NCBI RefSeq assembly: GCF_018350175.1
Contig: NC_058373.1
Coordinates: forward strand, 105,650,001-105,714,000
DNA length: 64,000 nucleotides
DNA from: Felis catus
Lineage: Eukaryota
Direction: 5' to 3'
Shown: piece after piece, positions 62,284 to 64,000 of the stretch
Layout of the letters: each line of letters begins with the position of its first letter
Position numbering within the stretch: the first letter of the stretch is position 1
Made by a program: the position numbers and the translations under genes
The notes under the pieces: generated by a model
What the model was told of the DNA's origin: nothing
Seen by the model: the letters and a program-made list of their open reading frames with translations, nothing else
Databases searched by the model: none

Positions 62284-62415
62284 GACAGAGGATCTGATGA
62301 TGCCGGCTCTGCATGGACAACAGAGAGCCGGATGAAGGGCTCGATCTCACATACTGCAAGATCATGACATGAGCTGAAGTCAGATGCTCAACTGACTGAG
62401 CCACCCAGGCACCCC
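62137..62415 (-). mobile_element. Can-SINE whose tail is a (TA)n(TG)n(TA)n microsatellite
   Basis: SINE body 62216-62415; compound repeat 62137-62215. Confidence 0.92.
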
Positions 62416-62419
62416 TACA

Positions 62420-63053
62420 GCTTTTTTTCTAAAGTTTTTATTTAAATTCCAGTTAGTTAACATACAATGTAATATTAGTTTCAAGGGTAGGATTTAGTGA
62501 TTCATCATTTCCATACGACACCTGGTGCTCATCACAAGTGCACTCCTTAATCCCCACCACCTATTTAACCCATCCCTCCACCCCTTCTCTCCTCTGGTAA
62601 CCATCAGTTTGTTCTCTACAGGTAAGAGTTGGTTTCTTGGCTTGCCTCTCTCTCTCTTTTTCCCCCTATGCTTGTTTTGTTTCTTAAATTCCACATATGA
62701 ATGAAATCATATGGTATTTGCCTTTCTCTTATTTCACTTAGCATGATACTCTTTAGCCCCATCCATGTTGTTGCAAATGGCGATACTTCATTCTTTTTTA
62801 TGGCTGAGTAATAATCCATTGTATATATATACCATATCTTCGTTATCCATTCATCAGTCGGTGGACATTTGGGCTCTCTCCATAATTTGACTACTGTATA
62901 TAGCGCTGCCATAAACATTGAGGTGCATGCATCCCTTTGAATCAGTATTTTTACAAATTAGTAACTCTACAAATTTGAAGGGGCACATGCAGCCTGGTGT
63001 TTATAGCAGCATTATCAACGATAGTCAAGTTATGGAAAGAGCCCAAATATCTA
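62420..63053 (-). mobile_element. Carnivore L1 3' end (ORF2 C-terminus plus 3' UTR) with an inverted segment at its 5' junction
   Basis: ORF 62616-62918(-) MFMAALYTVVKLWREPKCPPTDEWITKIWYIYTMDYYSAIKKNE is the L1 ORF2 C-terminus; 62972-63053 is the same L1 segment on +. Confidence 0.92.
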
Positions 63054-63059
63054 CATAGC

Positions 63060-63720
63060 TTCTTAGTTCTTATTTCTGACTCTAGCCTTTCTCCCCTCCA
63101 ACTCCACACTGAAGAGTATGTGATCATGCTAACATATAAATATGATTGTATCTCTCTCATGATTTAAATCCTTTCATGGCTTTCCATTTTCCTTGGATTA
63201 AGCTCCTTATAAGACGCATAATCTGGGTTCTGCTTGCTTTTCTAGCTTTCCTTTTACTACTTCTCCCAATAAGCCTTTGTTCTCATTGGACTAGACATTG
63301 CTCATGCCACACTCTCATCTACCCATGGGACTCAACATATGTCTTTCTCCCTGCAATACTCACAACCTACCTCAGACTCCTTCCTTCTCTGCCTCACCCC
63401 TCCCAGCCCCGGGTTTTACTTTCCTGACTCTCGTTCACTCTTGAGATTTCAGTTTAGGTATCATTTCCTTCCAGGATCACCCTTACTACATTCGCTCCTC
63501 TCAACTCCAGCTTGGTGCCTTTGATCTGGGTTCCCATCACCTGTTACATCTTTCCGTATTCTAGACCTGATCACACTGTTGATGTCGTTGCTGTTTAATT
63601 GTCTCTTCCACTAGAATGTAAAGTCCACAGGGGCAGAGACTAGGGCTGTGTGTTCATGGCTGTGGTCCTAGCACTGAGGCCAATGCCACTTCGACTGCAA
63701 AATACTTGTTGAATGAAAAC
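63060..63720 (+). mobile_element. L2 3' portion
   Basis: CACTAGAATGTAAAGTCCACAGGGGCAGAGAC...AAATACTTGTTGAATGAA. Confidence 0.8.
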
Positions 63721-63744
63721 AAATGACTAAAGGCCTGCTTAAAT

Positions 63745-63945
63745 CAGGAGTCAGCAACCTTTTTCTGTAAAGGGCCTGATAGGAAATATTTTAGGCTTCA
63801 TGGACCAGAAAGTCTCTTTTGTGACCGCTCACTCTGATTTCTTAGCAGCCATGGAAAATATAACAAATGGGCACGGATTGGTTCCAGTTCAACTTTATAG
63901 AACCTGGAGGCTGTCCCATGGGTTGTGCTTTACAAATCTCTGAAT
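63745..63945. mobile_element. hAT-Charlie MITE (MER58-like)
   Basis: CAGGAGTCAGCAACCTTTTTCTGTAAAGGGCC...AAATATTTTAGGCTT. Confidence 0.75.
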
Positions 63946-64000
63946 TAAGTGAATGAGTGATAGGTGGTTATGAAGTGAGTCAATGAATTAACTAAACTCT

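Noticed and set aside
62616..62918. 100-aa ORF with real protein-like sequence
   Set aside because: It is the L1 ORF2 C-terminal remnant, not a host gene.

Overview
This is mammalian genomic DNA, almost certainly from a cat-family (felid) species: it carries about 26 Can-SINEs, four of them near-identical young SINEC_Fc-type copies, and a young felid L1 3' end. The window is AT-rich, CpG-poor, repeat-dense and mostly intronic or intergenic. No ORF in the supplied track is a credible standalone gene; they derive from SINEs, microsatellites, L1 or ERVL remnants, or are chance ORFs. The best genic signals are a candidate pair of final coding exons on + (3687-3747 and 3837-3882, with an 89-nt GT-AG intron; gene not recognised) and a candidate promoter plus non-coding first exon near 49.9-50.1 kb. 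The rest is SINE, MIR, L1, L2, MaLR/ERVL LTRs, DNA transposons and microsatellites. Notable structures include a SINE nested in a SINE, two SINEs inserted sequentially at one target site, a body-less poly(A)/(CA)n insertion with a TSD, a 77-bp L1, an L1 fold-back and an internally deleted ERVL provirus. I found no evidence of a new biological system. Repeat subfamily names come from recalled consensus motifs and need RepeatMasker/Dfam confirmation; boundaries of old repeats are approximate.
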